NCBI GenBank assembly: GCA_964019425.1
Contig: OZ025792.1
Location: forward strand, 1,364,001 to 1,428,000
From: Flectonema sp. DT1601
Taxonomy: Eukaryota
Direction: 5' to 3'
DNA length: 64,000 nt
Below, in pieces: positions 22,367 through 33,876 of the stretch (the first letter of the stretch is position 1; every line of letters begins with the position of its first letter). The notes below the pieces were generated by a model. That model was not told the origin of the DNA. It saw nothing but the letters and a program-made list of their open reading frames with translations, and ran no database searches. A program made the translations under genes and the position numbers.

Positions 22367-25300
22367 TTAAACAAATGACCTGCTGTTTCTGCTGTGAATT
22401 TGAGACATTGGAATTGCAGAAGTCATCGACTTTCGTCGAGGAGAAGAAGCATACTGAGAGCAGTAGAACTCACGAACAGCACTGTGATCATCAGTCATCA
22501 TACCGAGAGAGTGGTTTGCACTGTCATGACTTGGAGGAGAATAGTCTTCAGAAGACGAATCCATATCACCACAGGCGTCATCTTCGTTTGATGATACAGA
22601 CTGAGATAGTAAAGGTTTCCCCAAGTCAGTTGTTTCGTTTAGTGATTGACTTCCTTCGTATGGAGTCGCGTCTTTCCATTCACGGTGATTCTCAAGCATT
22701 GTTCTTCCACGTTCTGTACCTTGTTTACAGAATTCAGAATATGATCTGGGCTTACCACCATAGTCAAGACGTTTTTCAATCTCAGCTGCTTCCCATTCAA
22801 CAGTCCCACCGAACGTGTCAACGAATGCTTGTTTTACCTCATACTCATGAGTAGTTGGATGTCTTCTTCTTTCTTGATACTCTTGGTAGTCAAGCATATC
22901 GAATAGTTCTCTCTCACCAAATCCCCTGGCCTCCAAGACATCGAGAGCCTTCTTTTGAATCTTTCTTCTTCTTCCGACTTTCATGTCCCATATGAATGTT
23001 GCCAAGTCGTACAGCGCTTTGAACGCAATTAAGAATGTGACGGCAATTAGAATCCTGCCTCCATGACCGAATAAGTTTGTTCTGGTGGAGCTGGGTTGGA
23101 TTCCCATTGCTATAGATAAAAACAGCATTGCGACTACCATAAGAAGAGATATTAATATTTGGATGAAGTTTTCAAGTACTGACATAAACGGTCTGAATTT
23201 AACAACTGCTACCAAGTACATGAACAGTAAAAGTAAAATCAATGAATTACGAACATTACAGGCAGTTTGATCCGATGTCGTCCAAGCAGCAAAGAAAGAA
23301 AACAAAAGAAGATGGCCTATGTCAAGAAGGGGAAACCATTGGTAGCCATGTCGGTAAGATTCAAAAATTGCACCGAAATGCTCTACAAAACGACCATGGG
23401 TGGAAACCCATATAGACTTTCCGAAAACAAAAATATAAACCCTGCGGAAGAATGATCCCTTTTCGAGAAACCCTTCTTGGCGAGTTCCTATTTTTCGTTC
23501 GATAGCATCAACGGAATGATCGACTTCAAGTAAATTATGATCATAAAGCCTCGGATCAGGGATTGTTATAGCATCAAACCCACGCTGTTTAAGAACCGTC
23601 CACCACAATATGATTGGTGAGCAACACATAGAAATCATAAACACCCATCCCAAGACTGCACAATACGATGGAACGTTTTCATGATCCCATCCGAATGCCA
23701 TGTGTGCTGCCGATAGAGACATTCCGGGTAAGAGAAAAAAGAACGGCAGATATAACAGTCCAGGTGCACGGATGTTGCCCAGGGCTACTGTGAATTTTAT
23801 GTCCCACAACTGCATTTGAATGAAGCAGGCGAATAGTAAAACGAGACTGAAGAAGAATATTAAAAGTGGATCCCAAATGATTGCACCTAAAAAGTATCGT
23901 TGAGAATGAGTTCCTATTCCCATACCAACAGGGTGAAATTCCCAATCAAGTGGTTCTGACTCTCCCAAATCTAAGTCCTCAACTTTACAGTCGAGGTTAG
24001 CTAACATTCCTATTGGTCCCGCTTTTGTACCAGCTCCTGCTAATGCCACATCCAACACACTTTTTAATCCCGTATCTATTCCAGTTGGAAAGCATGTTGG
24101 AGCCTTGTCCATATTCCACTTCCCACCTGTTAAACACACTGCACTAGCGCAATCCATGCCCTTCTTCAAGATCTTACAGCTGCCAGCAAAAGCAACTTTC
24201 TCCCCCGTGGCACATCTTTCCCCTCGGACCATGAAGTCCTTCGTCCACGTTCCTAAATCATCAAATAAACATGGCAACTCAGCAACTGTAGTTGTTGGGG
24301 GTGTTGGTGTCGGAGGTGTTGGTGTGTTTGGAATATCAGTTTTGGGAACACTCGTCACAACTGCAGTCGGCACAGCAGTCGGTACTGTGGTCGGTACTGC
24401 GGTCGGTATGGCTGTAGGCAATGTAGTTGGTATCGAAGTTGGTGTGGCGGTAGGTGCATAAGTCTGGTGAGGAGGTAGCGGTGTAGGAGGAATTGGAATG
24501 GGTGTCGGTGGTGCATTAGTCGGGACAGTCGTTGGTACAGCCGTCGGGACAGCGGTCGGGATAGTTGTAGGAATTACTGTTGGTATGGCAGTCGGTCCGT
24601 AAGTCATAGCAGGAGGTAACGGAGTTGGAGGAATCGGAACCAGGGTAGGTACTGCAGTTGGAGCAACTGTTGGTATGGCGGTTGGCACAGCCGTTGGAAC
24701 TAATGTTGGCACCGCTGTCGGCACTGCGGTTGGCACCGCTGTTGGTACAGCAGTGGGAACGGCTGTTGGGACTGCGGTTGGGACCCCTGTCGGAACGGCT
24801 GTCGGGATAGAGGTCGGAATGGCAGTTGGCACAGCAGTGGGTATAGCAGTAGGTACAGCCGTAGGTACAGCCGTAGGTACAGCCGTAGGTACAGCCGTAG
24901 GCACAGCCGTGGGCACAGCCGTGGGCACAGCCGTGGGCACAGCAGTAGGTACAGCAGTAGGTACAGCCGTGGGCACAGCCGTAGGCACAGTAGTAGGTAC
25001 AGCAGTAGGTACAGCAGTAGGTACAGCCGTAGGCACAGCAGTAGGTACAGCGGTAGGAATGGCTGTTGGTACAGCAGTAGGGACTGCCGTCGGAACGGCA
25101 GTTGGTACCGCGGTCGGAATCGCAGTCGGCACCGCAGTCGGCACCGCAGTCGGCACCGCAGTCGGCACCGCAGTCGGCACCGCAGTCGGCACCGCAGTCG
25201 GCACCGCAGTCGGCACCGCAGTCGGCACCGCCGTCGGTGCAACAGTGGGGACAGCTGTTGGGACTGCAGTTGGAACCGCAGTCGGAACCGCAGTCGGAAC

Positions 25301-25930
25301 CGCAGTCGGAACTGCTGTTGGGATCGCTGTTGGGACTGCAGTCGGGATTGCCGTTGGTACTGCAGTTGGCGCATCTGTAGTCGGAACACAAGTGATAGTA
25401 GTCGTTGACCAACTACCACTCATACAAGTTGTGCTATCACAAGTACCAGTACCTGTATAAGAACATGTCGTACCTTCAGCAACACTACTTGTTGTACAAC
25501 TGCTGGTAGCACTTGCAGGAGCAGTGACGTCAGCAAGTACGCATCCTCTGAAATCCCAACACGAGTACCCTGCGGAGGCAATTATTCTATTAACAGGGTG
25601 AACACCTGCAGCTGCAGCAAAACCTGCCTCAAAATCACTCCAAGTATCAGTTGGTCCGGTTCCAATAGTGCCAGGAAACATTACTCCATAGTCAGTCTCT
25701 AAATAACATTGTCCGCTAGTAAAAGAAATCGATTTACAACCGTTGGTGTTGTAATCTTCACAGAGAGTCTTACAAGCAGCTAGTGTGGCCACATTATCTT
25801 TTACATAGTGAGGGCAGGTTGCAACTGTTGCTCCATTGCACTGGCAGATCCCATTTCCCATATCAACCCATGCCGTGCTCGATACTTTTGGTATCAAAGC
25901 AATAACGCATATCAGCCACCTCAGTAGCAT
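22367..25930 (-). CDS. Surface glycoprotein/receptor: signal peptide, PAN/apple-like Cys domain, (PTAV)n mucin-like stalk, multi-pass membrane domain
   Basis: ATG at 25930 (MLLRWLICVIALIPKVSS). CKTLC..CKSISF..CYL motif, long PTAV array, at least 7 hydrophobic segments in the C-terminal half, then a cytosolic tail. Confidence 0.85.
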   Translation of the reverse strand: MLLRWLICVIALIPKVSSTAWVDMGNGICQCNGATVATCPHYVKDNVATLAACKTLCEDYNTNGCKSISFTSGQCYLETDYGVMFPGTIGTGPTDTWSDFEAGFAAAAGVHPVNRIIASAGYSCWDFRGCVLADVTAPASATSSCTTSSVAEGTTCSYTGTGTCDSTTCMSGSWSTTTITCVPTTDAPTAVPTAIPTAVPTAIPTAVPTAVPTAVPTAVPTAVPTAVPTVAPTAVPTAVPTAVPTAVPTAVPTAVPTAVPTAVPTAVPTAIPTAVPTAVPTAVPTAVPTAIPTAVPTAVPTAVPTAVPTAVPTTVPTAVPTAVPTAVPTAVPTAVPTAVPTAVPTAVPTAVPTAVPTAVPTAIPTAVPTAIPTSIPTAVPTGVPTAVPTAVPTAVPTAVPTAVPTAVPTLVPTAVPTAIPTVAPTAVPTLVPIPPTPLPPAMTYGPTAIPTVIPTTIPTAVPTAVPTTVPTNAPPTPIPIPPTPLPPHQTYAPTATPTSIPTTLPTAIPTAVPTTVPTAVPTAVVTSVPKTDIPNTPTPPTPTPPTTTVAELPCLFDDLGTWTKDFMVRGERCATGEKVAFAGSCKILKKGMDCASAVCLTGGKWNMDKAPTCFPTGIDTGLKSVLDVALAGAGTKAGPIGMLANLDCKVEDLDLGESEPLDWEFHPVGMGIGTHSQRYFLGAIIWDPLLIFFFSLVLLFACFIQMQLWDIKFTVALGNIRAPGLLYLPFFFLLPGMSLSAAHMAFGWDHENVPSYCAVLGWVFMISMCCSPIILWWTVLKQRGFDAITIPDPRLYDHNLLEVDHSVDAIERKIGTRQEGFLEKGSFFRRVYIFVFGKSIWVSTHGRFVEHFGAIFESYRHGYQWFPLLDIGHLLLFSFFAAWTTSDQTACNVRNSLILLLLFMYLVAVVKFRPFMSVLENFIQILISLLMVVAMLFLSIAMGIQPSSTRTNLFGHGGRILIAVTFLIAFKALYDLATFIWDMKVGRRRKIQKKALDVLEARGFGERELFDMLDYQEYQERRRHPTTHEYEVKQAFVDTFGGTVEWEAAEIEKRLDYGGKPRSYSEFCKQGTERGRTMLENHREWKDATPYEGSQSLNETTDLGKPLLSQSVSSNEDDACGDMDSSSEDYSPPSHDSANHSLGMMTDDHSAVREFYCSQYASSPRRKSMTSAIPMSQIHSRNSRSFV
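24345..25380. repeat. Coding 12-bp minisatellite encoding (PTAV)n
   Basis: Units such as GGCACCGCAGTC, GGTACAGCCGTA and GGAACCGCAGTC on the + strand, repeated in tandem for about 1 kb with interruptions. Confidence 0.95.
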
Positions 25931-26338
25931 TTCTATTAGTCTGTTTGAAATGAATGGTAATAATCGTGGCTTATTATTATTATTATTGTCATTTGGGAAA
26001 CTGTTAAAAACAAGCTCCATGTCGGTCGGAGAAACCAAAAAAAAAAAAAAAGAGGGGGGAAAATTAAAAATTAAAACACCTTTTCACATAAATTAAAATA
26101 ATCAAAATTCGCATTATTTTCTTTTTTTTTGTTTACAAAAGATCGATGAGTGATTTTTTTTACTGTGCAGAGTGTAGTTGTAATTCAAAGAGTCGAAACT
26201 TTCTCTACTTTATATAAAAAAACACCGCAACAAACTACGATGGAGGAACTCAAGCCGTGAAATGAATCGGCTGTAAATAAATTTCTCCCTCTATTTTTTT
26301 ATTTTTTTCAATATTCGTTAATAAGGTACTCAATACTG

Positions 26339-26812
26339 TTATTCGATGCAACGTTCTCTTTTTAACGCTTCTTCTTCTTCTTCTGTGAAGTCGTTTTTGA
26401 GACCGAACATTGCTCTGATTTCTTCTACTGATTGGGATTTCATTTTTTCAGCAACCACGGCTGACGTCAATTCCAACAAGTCTTTAACTCCGAGAAAGTT
26501 TGCTCCATTTATGATATCAAAAACAACTGCGTCTTCGGAATTAGTTTCAACGAACTGACGATCCCAATCTCCCAGCAACTCTTTCAAGTTACGTCGAAGA
26601 GGTTTTTCTAACTCTGGTGCCTGACGCTTCCAATGAACTTCCATATAATCGATAATTTTTTTTAAAGTGACACCTTCTACAGTTGTTATCGGTATCTGTG
26701 TAATTGTATCATCATCAGCCAACAGATCTTTTAGTAAGGAACTTAGCATGCAGGCATCCCGAGATACTTCTATTCTCATTTCATCTTTTGATATTAATGT
26801 AATTGAACTCAT
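26339..26812 (-). CDS. SKP1: Skp1 family protein
   Basis: ITLISKD, LKKIIDYM, WDRQFV, ANFLGVKDLLELT, VEEIRAMFGLKNDFTEEEE. Confidence 0.93.
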   Translation of the reverse strand: MSSITLISKDEMRIEVSRDACMLSSLLKDLLADDDTITQIPITTVEGVTLKKIIDYMEVHWKRQAPELEKPLRRNLKELLGDWDRQFVETNSEDAVVFDIINGANFLGVKDLLELTSAVVAEKMKSQSVEEIRAMFGLKNDFTEEEEEALKRERCIE

Positions 26813-27619
26813 GTTATAGTATTGGTTGGTCAGGTTATCTACTGTTGAATAATAAAATCAAAATTAGTTTATTTTGGGTCAATAATCTTCTGAGTGTATT
26901 AACGAAAAAGGTATTCTTACCCTCCTATGAAACCTATTATCTATTTTACGGTGTAATAATAAAGAGCGCCTTTAGTCTCGGGTAAACTTTTGCCAAAAGT
27001 GCCAATTACCTTTAAAACAAAACGAAACGAAATAATTCATGATAAGCATCGCAAGATTGCACTGTAATCATAACATCAACAAGGTAATCAAAGCTGCAGT
27101 TTGAGATCATGTTATGTACTGTTTGGAAAAGTTATGTTAAATATTCCAATTCAAAATTTTCCAACAAAGATCTGACCACAAGGTGTAAATATATTTTATT
27201 ATAATTTTAAAAATCAACAAACAAACAAGAACTACCACTTCATCAGTAGATTCGAATAACTCGAAGACGTGATGTGGAAGTATAATTCTGAATGATAATT
27301 TACAAAATCAACTCCCACACCCTCCCTCTCTCATAACCTAATTGGATTCACAGAAAGTAGAACTAATTCACTTGTTGTAAGTTTTTGACAAGATTGACTA
27401 TAAAAAAATATATTATAATTAAATTTAATTAAGTGTATTATTATTTTGTTGTAAATAAATTTTAAAAAAAAAAAAAGTTTTTAAAAAAAACAAAGGAGAG
27501 ATTTCGCTATCGGAGACAATTATTGGTAGCACACTACTAACAGAGCTCTCTTGGTTATGATCCACAGATATCTAGTATTGAAGAGCGTTGTGGACTGTTT
27601 GCTTACAGTTGAATTAAAG

Positions 27620-29167
27620 TCACTCCCAAACGAATATACCAACAGTGGACTCAGGACTAGTTGAGATTGAGTGAGTCTCCTCAACAGACAGTCTGTCGAC
27701 TGTCGGATCGATGACTGAGATCGTTTCCTTCCAATTCATTGCCTTTGAAAGCAGATTAAATAATTGTAAATAGTGAACACAATTAACAGTTCCTAAATAA
27801 GCACACCACTCACTACTAGAAGATGATTGAAAACCTGCCTTCATAACTTGTTGTCGATGATACGATGATGACATCACAACATTTTCAATAAACGAAAAGG
27901 ATTTTTCTAAAATTGATTTCGGAACTTCAGAACAACAAAGTTGGTGTAATTCCTTCCCACTTGAGACGTAAATCATTTCTACTTCTTTGATTATTTGTTT
28001 TCCTGGTGAACTCATTGCCAACTGCGTCATTATTTCTAAAAATAAACAACTCCTAGTATGAGTTCCGTTTAGCGCTATCTTCGAGAGAGAAGGACAATCT
28101 GACACAGAAACAGCAATAATCACATTCTCAAACACGCTCGTTGACAACACCACAGAAGACGGTAATATCTGTAACGGTGGTAGTAGATTTCTGATATACT
28201 TTCCTTCAATGCTAAATAACAACGATAGGTGCTTTGACAATCCTGATACCGGCATTCCCGTCACAGGATCTAACTTACTGAAGAATTTCCTGCTGGAAAT
28301 GGTTGCGATGGTTTTTTTAGATTTATCCAACAACATAGGTTTTAACAAATAATACAGCTGACTAAAATGAATATTTAACGTACTTGTTGTTGATATTGTG
28401 GTTATGTGTTTTTTTTCTGAAACAGAAAGACGGATGTCAGACACATGCTGAAGACCAACAGCAATCATTGAAGAAAGACTGCTGACTGACTCATTATGGG
28501 ACGAGTCATAATCTCGTGTGTCGATTATAATGAGAGCTCCGCGATTGTTCTGAATTGATGAATCAGTCGGCAGGTTAACTTCTGAACAATAATTCTTCAC
28601 AGCATCCAATGAAATATCATTATCAACTAATACGATTAACGACCAACTACTGGTTGGAATTGTTTCGTACAACCAGTGAAGTTCATTCCATTTCTGTTTT
28701 AATAAATCTTCTCCAGTAGAATGACTGTTGCTGCTTTTAATTCTATCAACACATTCTGCATCTGACGTAATTGGTAATAGAATACTACAGTGATGTGGTG
28801 GAAGTAATTTCATCATAAGTTTTGATTTTGCTATTCTAACAGCCAACAGGAATGATGTTGGATAACTCTCATCAAGTTCTCTTTCAAGGTAATCAAGTAA
28901 CTTATTATCAGAATATAGTTCCATTAAAGAATTAGCAATTGTGAAACAGTCTCGTTGTTCACACTGTCTACGAACATCCATACCGAGAACACCACGAGCA
29001 GATCTTTTCGCTTTTGAATGAATTTTTGAATCGATTGATTTATATATTCCAGAGAGAGGTTCAGTTGGCTTTTCAGCTGCAAGAGTCCCAAGCATTTCAT
29101 CAACAATTGTCGCGACATCTGTTTTGTGAAGATAGTCAACAAAAGGATGGTCTAAGTCGGCAGCCAT
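27620..29167 (-). CDS. Hypothetical protein; N-terminal RIIa/Dpy-30-like docking motif, possibly degenerate GT-A fold
   Basis: 515-aa ORF. YLHKTDVATIVDEMLGTLAAEKPTEPL fits a D/D-domain pattern; the remainder is only weakly recognisable. Confidence 0.7.
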   Translation of the reverse strand: MAADLDHPFVDYLHKTDVATIVDEMLGTLAAEKPTEPLSGIYKSIDSKIHSKAKRSARGVLGMDVRRQCEQRDCFTIANSLMELYSDNKLLDYLERELDESYPTSFLLAVRIAKSKLMMKLLPPHHCSILLPITSDAECVDRIKSSNSHSTGEDLLKQKWNELHWLYETIPTSSWSLIVLVDNDISLDAVKNYCSEVNLPTDSSIQNNRGALIIIDTRDYDSSHNESVSSLSSMIAVGLQHVSDIRLSVSEKKHITTISTTSTLNIHFSQLYYLLKPMLLDKSKKTIATISSRKFFSKLDPVTGMPVSGLSKHLSLLFSIEGKYIRNLLPPLQILPSSVVLSTSVFENVIIAVSVSDCPSLSKIALNGTHTRSCLFLEIMTQLAMSSPGKQIIKEVEMIYVSSGKELHQLCCSEVPKSILEKSFSFIENVVMSSSYHRQQVMKAGFQSSSSSEWCAYLGTVNCVHYLQLFNLLSKAMNWKETISVIDPTVDRLSVEETHSISTSPESTVGIFVWE

Positions 29168-29592
29168 TTTATTATGTTTGCTGTTTTAATAAACAAATAA
29201 AGAGAGTTAAACTGGCAATGGTGATCATTTGTGAAGGTAGTCAACAATAACGCTGATGAGGTCGATAGCCATCTTGGATGTGTGCTGCTGTTTTTTTTTT
29301 TATGAAAAAGTTCTTAAAGATAAATTTCTAACTTTTTAGCAACTCAACTGTGAAATAACACAAAAAATATAATCCTAACCAGTTTTGACAGTGAACCCAA
29401 CTTGTGAGGTGGTGTTAGTTTCTCCGTCTTTTTTTTTTTTTTTTTTTTTTTGTTCCCCCTTTCAGCAACTTTTCCGTTCCCTTATTTTGTTTGTTCGTTT
29501 TATTTTTTTATTTTTCGAGTCGGTCTTGTGAAGTAGGTCAGGGATCTGCCTCACAAAGACTTCTGTATTTATATACCCCTTATCTTATTCTC

Positions 29593-30678
29593 TTATCTTT
29601 TTACTGGACGTAACTTTAGTCCCTTGGCTCCGTATTTGACATCCGTAGGAAGAGCCTCCTCGATGATTTCACTATCATCGTTTAAAATTATTTTCGACAT
29701 CTCATCGCAGATGGCGTTCATGTCAGTTGCAAATTCCCCGCGAGTTTCAGAATTTGGGACATCGCCCAAGTCAGCTCCTTCGGATCCACTTTCTTTAGTG
29801 AACCAAACGTGTTGAATTGCTTGCTTTGCGGATAGTCTTTTTGTTTGTTGTGTTAGTAAGCTGCTTATTAAATCTTTTCCTTCATCGCTGATATCTTTCC
29901 ATTTGTTATCAGGGAATAAGACTCCTTTGTCGATTTGTCTGAGAAGATTGATTCGTTTGGCGTGATCACCAACTGATCCAAAGAAAGGAGGTCTTCCGCA
30001 GAGCATAACGTGAAGTACACATCCGAGAGCCCACATGTCGGTGTACATTGCCTGATCAACTGTTCTAATCCGAGCAGGGTTTTGTCCGAGTAACTCAATA
30101 GCTCGTATGATTTCAGGTGCCATGTAGAAGGAAGTTCCAACTGGTGTTCGTTGGGTGTCTGCGACTTTTGAAACTCCAAAGTCAGCGATTCTGATATCAG
30201 AAGGGTCGTTAATTAGAATATTTTCTGGTTTCAAGTCTCTGTGAACAACACCCTGATCATGCATAAAGATAACACCCTCAAGTAATTGTTTCATTATCAT
30301 TCTCGCATCACGTTCAGGAAGACCTGCCTTAGTCTGCTTACGAACTGAAGCGACGTAATCATAAAGATCACCTCCCATTCGTTGCATTACTAAATAAGTC
30401 TGACCAGTTGTTTCTACGACTTCGTATAATTTTACAATCTTGGGATGGGTCATGCGACGCATAATTTCCTTCTCTTGTTGTAACATTTCTAATTCTTTAG
30501 TAGTCATACCTTCAGTATTCATAACTTTTATTGCTCTCGATTCCTTACTAGTTCTATGTGTTGCTGTGAGTACTCTCGAAGTCTTACCAAAACCACATTC
30601 CTCACCCAGTTCGTACATGTCTTCAATATTTTTTGACTGTCGAACTGGTGTTGCCATATCAGATGGTCTGCTGGTCAT
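29593..30678 (-). CDS. CAMK-group Ser/Thr protein kinase
   Basis: GFGKTS loop, AIK, HRDLKPEN, DFG, GTSFYMAPE, DMWALG, CGRPPF, WKDISDEGKDLI. Confidence 0.92.
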   Translation of the reverse strand: MTSRPSDMATPVRQSKNIEDMYELGEECGFGKTSRVLTATHRTSKESRAIKVMNTEGMTTKELEMLQQEKEIMRRMTHPKIVKLYEVVETTGQTYLVMQRMGGDLYDYVASVRKQTKAGLPERDARMIMKQLLEGVIFMHDQGVVHRDLKPENILINDPSDIRIADFGVSKVADTQRTPVGTSFYMAPEIIRAIELLGQNPARIRTVDQAMYTDMWALGCVLHVMLCGRPPFFGSVGDHAKRINLLRQIDKGVLFPDNKWKDISDEGKDLISSLLTQQTKRLSAKQAIQHVWFTKESGSEGADLGDVPNSETRGEFATDMNAICDEMSKIILNDDSEIIEEALPTDVKYGAKGLKLRPVKR

Positions 30679-31318
30679 TTTGTTTTTTTCTTTTTTTCTT
30701 TTTGTCGGGGGGTGTGGTTAGGCTGTAATATGAATATACTTGTTGCATCCTCACTCGGTCACATTATTCGAGACAAGAGAGCTGATCATCCAGGCTCAAG
30801 CTGTTTCAAGAATATTAATTTACCAACACAAAAACACAAATCTGAGCAATTAAAAGTGCACAACAGTATGGGCTACGCATGGTTTAGGGAATGGGGAATG
30901 AGTGGGAAAGTCAGGGATGGGGCAGTCTGGGTGTATGTCTGTCTAGTTTCTTAATTGTTATTTATTTAACTGTGTGGGTTGGTGAGTGAGTCGGTGAAAT
31001 TATTATTTTTTTTTTTTAGAATTACTTTCAGTTATAAAAGAAAAAGGGCAACAGAGAACAGCGAGGGAATAAGTCGGCGTCGGCAATCCAGCAACGTCTT
31101 GGTAGCCACAAAGAAAAAAAAAAAGAAAGGGGGGGGAAAATGAAAATCGATGCATTCTTTGCGTTGAGTGAAAAACTCTGAACATGAAAAAAAAGCATAG
31201 CTATTCGCGGGAAGATATTTAATTTAAGTTCGAAACAATATAATTATGTATTTTATCTTCCTCTGTATCGATGTTCAAAAATTAGAACCCCCGGAGGAAC
31301 TCCATCACTCTGTTCTTC

Positions 31319-31358
<40 letters not shown>

Positions 31359-33654
31359 ATAATTACGTACGTTTTTTTTGTTTTTTTTTTTTCTTCTTCG
31401 CATGCGTCGGTTTTCAGTCTTCAATACAGCTACCATGTTCTGCCGGTTGGTTTGAAAGATACGAGTTTAGGCTTCGCCAGCATCTCTGACTTCTTTGCCG
31501 AAGACGCGCGGCTTTTTTTTTTTTTTTTTTTGCTACGAATAGACGGAAAGGCAATCTAAAAAAAAAAAAAAATTAAAAAAAAAACAAAGTGGAGCTACCA
31601 CGTTGCGAAATACTTCTGTTAAAAGCTTGTCTACAACTATATCACGCTACAGGTGGATCATAGCAGACCCAACCCAATCTGATGGTTTATCAGGTGGTGT
31701 TGTGTGTTAAATAACATCGAAAACCAGATCAAGAAAGAGGAATATTTGATCAAAAGATCATTCCAAAGTTTGTATAAAAATTAAAGTAGAGAAAAACACA
31801 GTGGAGAAGAAAGCGTTCCAACAGTGTGGGCACATCGAATTGCACCAAGCAGCTAAACCCCTTATGGTAGCCCTTTGTCACATAAATGAGAAAAAAAACT
31901 TACTTTTTTTTTTTTTTTTTTTTTTTATAAATCTACTCATGCACTCAAAGCTAAAGACTGCCCTCCCATCTCAGTTTTTTTCGTTTTAAATTTAACATAC
32001 TCGTTTGTTATGAAAAAATAATGAAAGAAAAAAAAAGAAAAAAAAAAAAAGGAAAAAAAACAGGAAACAGATCTCTAGAGCTACAATCCAATAAAGAAAA
32101 GAGGAGCTAATAAGAAAACAGAGGGGACGGGGTTATTCGATTTAATTTAATTACGTCGTGTTGAACCACAAAACACAAACGATGGTGAGGGGGCAAGATT
32201 TCCTTTGGCATCAAGCCAATCATCTCTAAGGTAAGAATTATTTAAACCGAAGAGGTAATATAAAATAAGATACTAATCCGTCTGGTGTCCAGAGATGAGA
32301 ACTGCTACTGGTGAAACCTTTTCCTACGTTGTCGTAATCGAAGAAATAAAAAGTGAACGGGAAAGGAGAAATTTAAAAAAAAAAGAGGAGGAGTTACGAA
32401 TTGCGGCAGTTTAATAGTTTCCTTACTTTGAACGATTACAAAACACTCACAAAACAAAGAAAGGCGATCTGTTTATTTATTTATTCTTTTTTTTGTTGTT
32501 GCTATAGTGTGGCCGAATAGGAAAGCATGTCAACAAGTGAGAAGGGAAAAAAAAAAAAAAACACCTAACCAACAGAGTACTGAAGAAACATAAATATCTA
32601 AGTGCGTGAGGGAGGGGAAGTGGTCGAACAAAATGGTTCAGTTTTTTGTTTTTTTTTTTTTTCAACTTGCGATTACTACTGACTTAAAAAAAATAATGAG
32701 CTTGGGTAGGGATGCTCAACTAAATGCACTGAATCCATCCATGAGCTTGTAAATCCATCTAATGTCTAGACTATTTCTTTATTTATTTCTTTTTTTTTTT
32801 TTTTTTTTTTTTTGGAAGAGTGCTGTTTTGTGCAATACCTATGAAAGATGTCCAACCATATTCCGTTTGTTGCAAAAATTCTAAAAATTAAAAAGAAAGA
32901 AAAAAAAAAAATAGGCCATGGCACATTTTTTTTTTTGGTGTAAAGAAACACCATCAAACAGACTTTTCCTTCCCTCGTTATATTGTTTCCCTCCGTACCT
33001 TTTTTTTAGTAATAACATAACAGGTAACTATTCTATGTTCTTTTTTTTTTTTTTTTTTTTTCTTATTGCTGTACTTTCTTTATTGGTATTTTTGCACCAG
33101 TTGCGCACAAACAAAACAAAAGTGTTGAGTAAAAAAAAAAAGTAATTCGTGAAATTGGCTTTTTTTTTTTTTTCCATTCTTTACTACAAATTCTGTTGCC
33201 TGAAGAATACTACTTTTCATGACCTGCCCAATATTGGTACCCGGCAGATGAGTTTTGTTGCAGAGTGGTTGGATAGTTCTGTTGGTAGAGTGCCCGTTTG
33301 CATTTCCTTCTTGTTCCCTTCTTAGCGCTTACGGTTAGCTTTTCTTTGCATTAGAACTTGACTGCAAGACAACCCTGCTGTTGCTTCTTCCAAATCAGAA
33401 TCGCAATCCAACATCACCACAATTAATCCAACGAAGAACAAAAAAGAAGGGGGAAAATGAGTTGCCGGCCTTTCACGGCTGAGCAGTTTCCCCCACAGGG
33501 CAGTCTATCATTATCAGGTAGGTGTTGTCATCACAATTTTAAAAAATTGTTAATTAAAATATAATACACAGTTGTGTGTCACTCTCACGATATTTGAGAG
33601 GATTGGAGGCAGAGATCACAATCACGAGAATACGTAAGAAAGATCAGCTCACAA

Positions 33655-33690
<36 letters not shown>

Positions 33691-33876
33691 CCAAAGCTGA
33701 CGTAGTGTAGTAAGACGTTATTATTATTGATCAGATTACGTGTGTAAGACTCTCAGTTAATCCTAGTCATCCAAAATAACAACTTTTTTTGAAAAAAAAG
33801 AGAAAAAAAAAGGATCATATTTTACAACAAACAATACCATGATGATCTGACAAAACTATCAACCTAACAACATCAC

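Noticed and set aside
24345..25380. Possible CRISPR-like array
   Set aside because: Contiguous tandem units without unique spacers, inside a eukaryotic CDS; no cas genes.
24516..25460. Long alternative-frame and antisense ORFs (GTAV-, CGAD-, CRLR- and PQSA-repeat peptides)
   Set aside because: By-products of the stop-free 12-bp repeat; only the PTAV frame continues into signal peptide and membrane domains.
33185..33415. Homopolymer-free patch that looks coding
   Set aside because: Minus-strand ATG frames are short or run into poly-A and show no recognisable motif.
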